This document shows, piece after piece, positions 35,818 to 38,300 of a stretch of 38,300 bases of DNA. Under the pieces are notes generated by a model, which ran no database searches, was not told the origin of the DNA, and saw nothing but the letters and a program-made list of their open reading frames with translations. The translations under genes were made by a program, and so were the position numbers. Origin of the DNA: Polymyxa betae A26-41 (lineage: Eukaryota > Protista > Endomyxa: Phytomyxea); assembly GCA_003693705.1 (NCBI GenBank), contig RBZT01000613.1, forward strand, positions 1 to 38,300, given 5' to 3'. The stretch's first letter is position 1. Each line of letters starts with the position of its first letter.

Positions 35818-35921
35818 GTTAAGAAGAAGGATATTCCTCAAGAAATACCGAAATATCTTCTGTACCTATCAAGTCCGCCTAGCCCAACTAAACTTGACAA
35901 CTGTTTATTTATAATGGTTGA

Positions 35922-37535
35922 ATGGACGATTTAGCTAAAAGTTCGGTGGACGACTTTCTATCAGGTGGTGGCAGCTCTGCATCATTTCATTCCCTTAATG
36001 ATGTTCAAAACTCAATTTCTGCGGCTGAAAGTTCGTCGTTGAAGGACGAGGAAGACAATGACCCGCATTCCACGAGAACAGTTTGGTCGTATTTAAGTCA
36101 ACGAAAACATGCAACAACTCTGGATATACCGCCGCCTTCATGGTATTTGGAAAACAATCTTCAAGTTGTGAAAGATTGGACACATTTGTCTTCATCAAAC
36201 GTACGCGCGGTGTCTTCTGATCTCGATGTAGAGTCAGCGCTACAAGCTAGTACAGCTCTATTCCAACAACTTGACGAAGTGATGGCGATAAACAACGTGT
36301 TGGCTTTCGGAGCCGGCGAAGATTCCATTAAATCGTTAGCAGATGATGTATCTGTCGTTACCGTTGCCAAAGGATATTGTCATATTCTGAAATCGCTTGG
36401 AGACGAGGACAGAATATTGCGGCTGCGAATGGGATCGGATCAACATCCGGTCCATTTTTTCATCACAGGAAGTGAATCTGAACGGCCTTCACAGGAAGAC
36501 TGGCCAAATAATTCTGAAATCGCGATTTGGAAATCATCGTCTTTCGCAAATCACCCGTCAGTTAGCTTAACTATAGACTGTCGAAAGTTTAATCATTGGA
36601 AGTCGCTGTTGATCACAGCTTTCAACGAATCAAATCTACTAGCTCACATTGTCATCAAGCATGTAGCGACTGGATCGCAGCTAAAACGAGGCAACACGAA
36701 TAGTTTAACTGTTAAGCAGAATCTCAAGTTAAAGATTATGAAGATTAAATGCAACCAGCAGAAATGGAAAACGTTTGTCGCACGTGTTAAGTGTATACGA
36801 CAAAGTCGCGCGAAAGGGCATTCCTTTGCACATCCTAAACGAAAGCTAGACTGGCAGTTGCTTTGCTCCCAGAAATTTATTTTGAAATTGATATTTGCAT
36901 CCCGATTCCTTCAAGCTGCCATCAGGTGTCTCCCAATCAGACGCAACAGAATCCTGAACACACTGGTCACTTCGTACAATGCTGCAGAGAATAACGGTGA
37001 GGTTCACACTGCAGCAAAAGACCGGAGTCTGCTAAAGACAACTGAAGCGGAGCTAAACTCCCTCAATGAGCTACCTCCTTTGCTTCCCGAAAAACGATTA
37101 CGAAAATATCGGGTCAGCACTTTGGAGGAGAAAGGACAATCCATCTTCGGTTCATTTCGAGTGCGAAGAGCGAAGACCTATCAGCCAGTTCCCAAATCGC
37201 CAGCTTTTGGTAACATGCAGATCGACGCCAGATTCAGTAACCCGGACGGTGGTGCGCGTTCAACGGATCCGATTGTAACGAAACCTGTTCGGCTCGAAAA
37301 CGACCAGCAATTGAGTTTTGACCTCAAATTATATCGTGAGGCAATTCGCCACGATCGTCTATCTTTGTTATCTTCCCTAACGGGTGAACCGGTTGTTAAC
37401 GAAACAACTCGACAGCGCCGTCAGCGGGAAGCCCGATTCCAGCAAAAGATGTTTCTGTTGATGGCCAGCCAGCAGGAGTTCGCCCGTCTACGATCTCGAC
37501 CTTGTTCGCCACCGGAGCTCACGTCCCGTGTATAA
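35922..37535 (+). CDS. Hypothetical protein (537 aa, apparently intronless)
   Basis: Long uninterrupted ORF with an acidic/Ser-rich N-terminus and a basic centre; no family recognised. Confidence 0.65.
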   Translation: MDDLAKSSVDDFLSGGGSSASFHSLNDVQNSISAAESSSLKDEEDNDPHSTRTVWSYLSQRKHATTLDIPPPSWYLENNLQVVKDWTHLSSSNVRAVSSDLDVESALQASTALFQQLDEVMAINNVLAFGAGEDSIKSLADDVSVVTVAKGYCHILKSLGDEDRILRLRMGSDQHPVHFFITGSESERPSQEDWPNNSEIAIWKSSSFANHPSVSLTIDCRKFNHWKSLLITAFNESNLLAHIVIKHVATGSQLKRGNTNSLTVKQNLKLKIMKIKCNQQKWKTFVARVKCIRQSRAKGHSFAHPKRKLDWQLLCSQKFILKLIFASRFLQAAIRCLPIRRNRILNTLVTSYNAAENNGEVHTAAKDRSLLKTTEAELNSLNELPPLLPEKRLRKYRVSTLEEKGQSIFGSFRVRRAKTYQPVPKSPAFGNMQIDARFSNPDGGARSTDPIVTKPVRLENDQQLSFDLKLYREAIRHDRLSLLSSLTGEPVVNETTRQRRQREARFQQKMFLLMASQQEFARLRSRPCSPPELTSRV

Positions 37536-37722
37536 TGTGGTTCTATTCTATGATCCTCCAGCACCGAATTCTCCCTTTGAAGCCTCTGCGTTTTATGCAC
37601 CTGCTATGTCTACAGGTGTGTTTCTTCAAGCTCTTGTCTCGTGCTCTTTGCTTGTTCGTATTCTCAAAACTTCATAATGGATCTGGGCATGGTAAGCATC
37701 CAAGAATCACGGCGATCCAATG

Positions 37723-38300
37723 TCAAGAGTGAAAGAAAAAATCCTTCAAAATGGGTTTGATGAAGCTGTGGAAGACGGTAACATCCAAACCATTGGTTTC
37801 GACTGCACGACGAGATTCGGTGATCGTCAAGAAGAGGGTGACGCCCTTAGTACTGAGTGTTCCATTCTCCTAGTTTTCGACCACAATCACAATTTGGGTC
37901 ATATGAAACATACGAGGATCAGGTGTCCATCCCGGTTTTTCATGAATCCCTGCAACACATGTACAAGGGAATCTGAGGCTCTGATTATCAACACCAGCAA
38001 GCAGCGAACAGCATACATCAGTGCAGACCATCAGAATTCATTCAGTTTACCACCAAGACCAATTTGGGAATCAAGCTGAACCACATTGTAGAACTTCTTC
38101 AATCAATTAGTGTTTAAAGTACCTCTGAACCCAGGTTATTGATTTTGTTGATCAAATCATCCTTATCCTTCTTCAAAGCACGAAGCTCCTCAGAGAACTC
38201 AGCACGGACGATGAATTCATGGCGATCAACTGCATCCAGATCAACCCCGAAAATCAGACATAGCTTACGAAAAAAATTATTAAAAACCTTAATATTGACT
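37723..38300 (-). CDS. 3' part of a spliced hypothetical gene entering from beyond the window
   Basis: Minus-strand exons bounded by GT/AG: LIFGVDLDAVDRHEFIVRAEFSEELRALKKDKDDLINKINNLGSE ... GEWTLSTKGVTLFLTITESRRAVETNGLDVTVFHSFIKPILKDFFFHS*. Confidence 0.45.

Overview
Gene-dense eukaryotic nuclear DNA. Most genes are split by many short (~45-55 nt) GT-AG introns, so the ORF track shows only exon fragments and many antisense shadows. About 17 protein-coding genes can be rebuilt by splicing: an LCCL-domain membrane protein, an ARM-repeat/PH-domain protein, CEP290, a 7TM-RGS protein, a MAK/ICK kinase, an ACAD8-like acyl-CoA dehydrogenase, SLX9/FAM207A, CFAP73/CCDC42, RPL35, a FANCF-like protein, an ARIP4/ATRX-type SNF2 ATPase, an organellar lysyl-tRNA synthetase, PCID2/Thp1 and several hypothetical or small proteins. 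The ciliary genes point to a flagellated or zoosporic organism. Compaction and intron size fit a phytomyxid (plasmodiophorid)-like protist, but that is inference only. The strongest unexplained signal is a ~310-nt intergenic segment (33127-33435) that folds by hand into a nested multi-helix RNA with a telomere-template-like motif (CTAAACCCTAA) in a plant-telomerase-RNA-like topology, making it a candidate telomerase RNA. A possible H/ACA-type double hairpin (24904-25030), an 82-bp perfect duplication in a bidirectional promoter and sharp GC-rich exon islands are also reported. All family calls come from motif recognition by eye, and exon boundaries are manual estimates.
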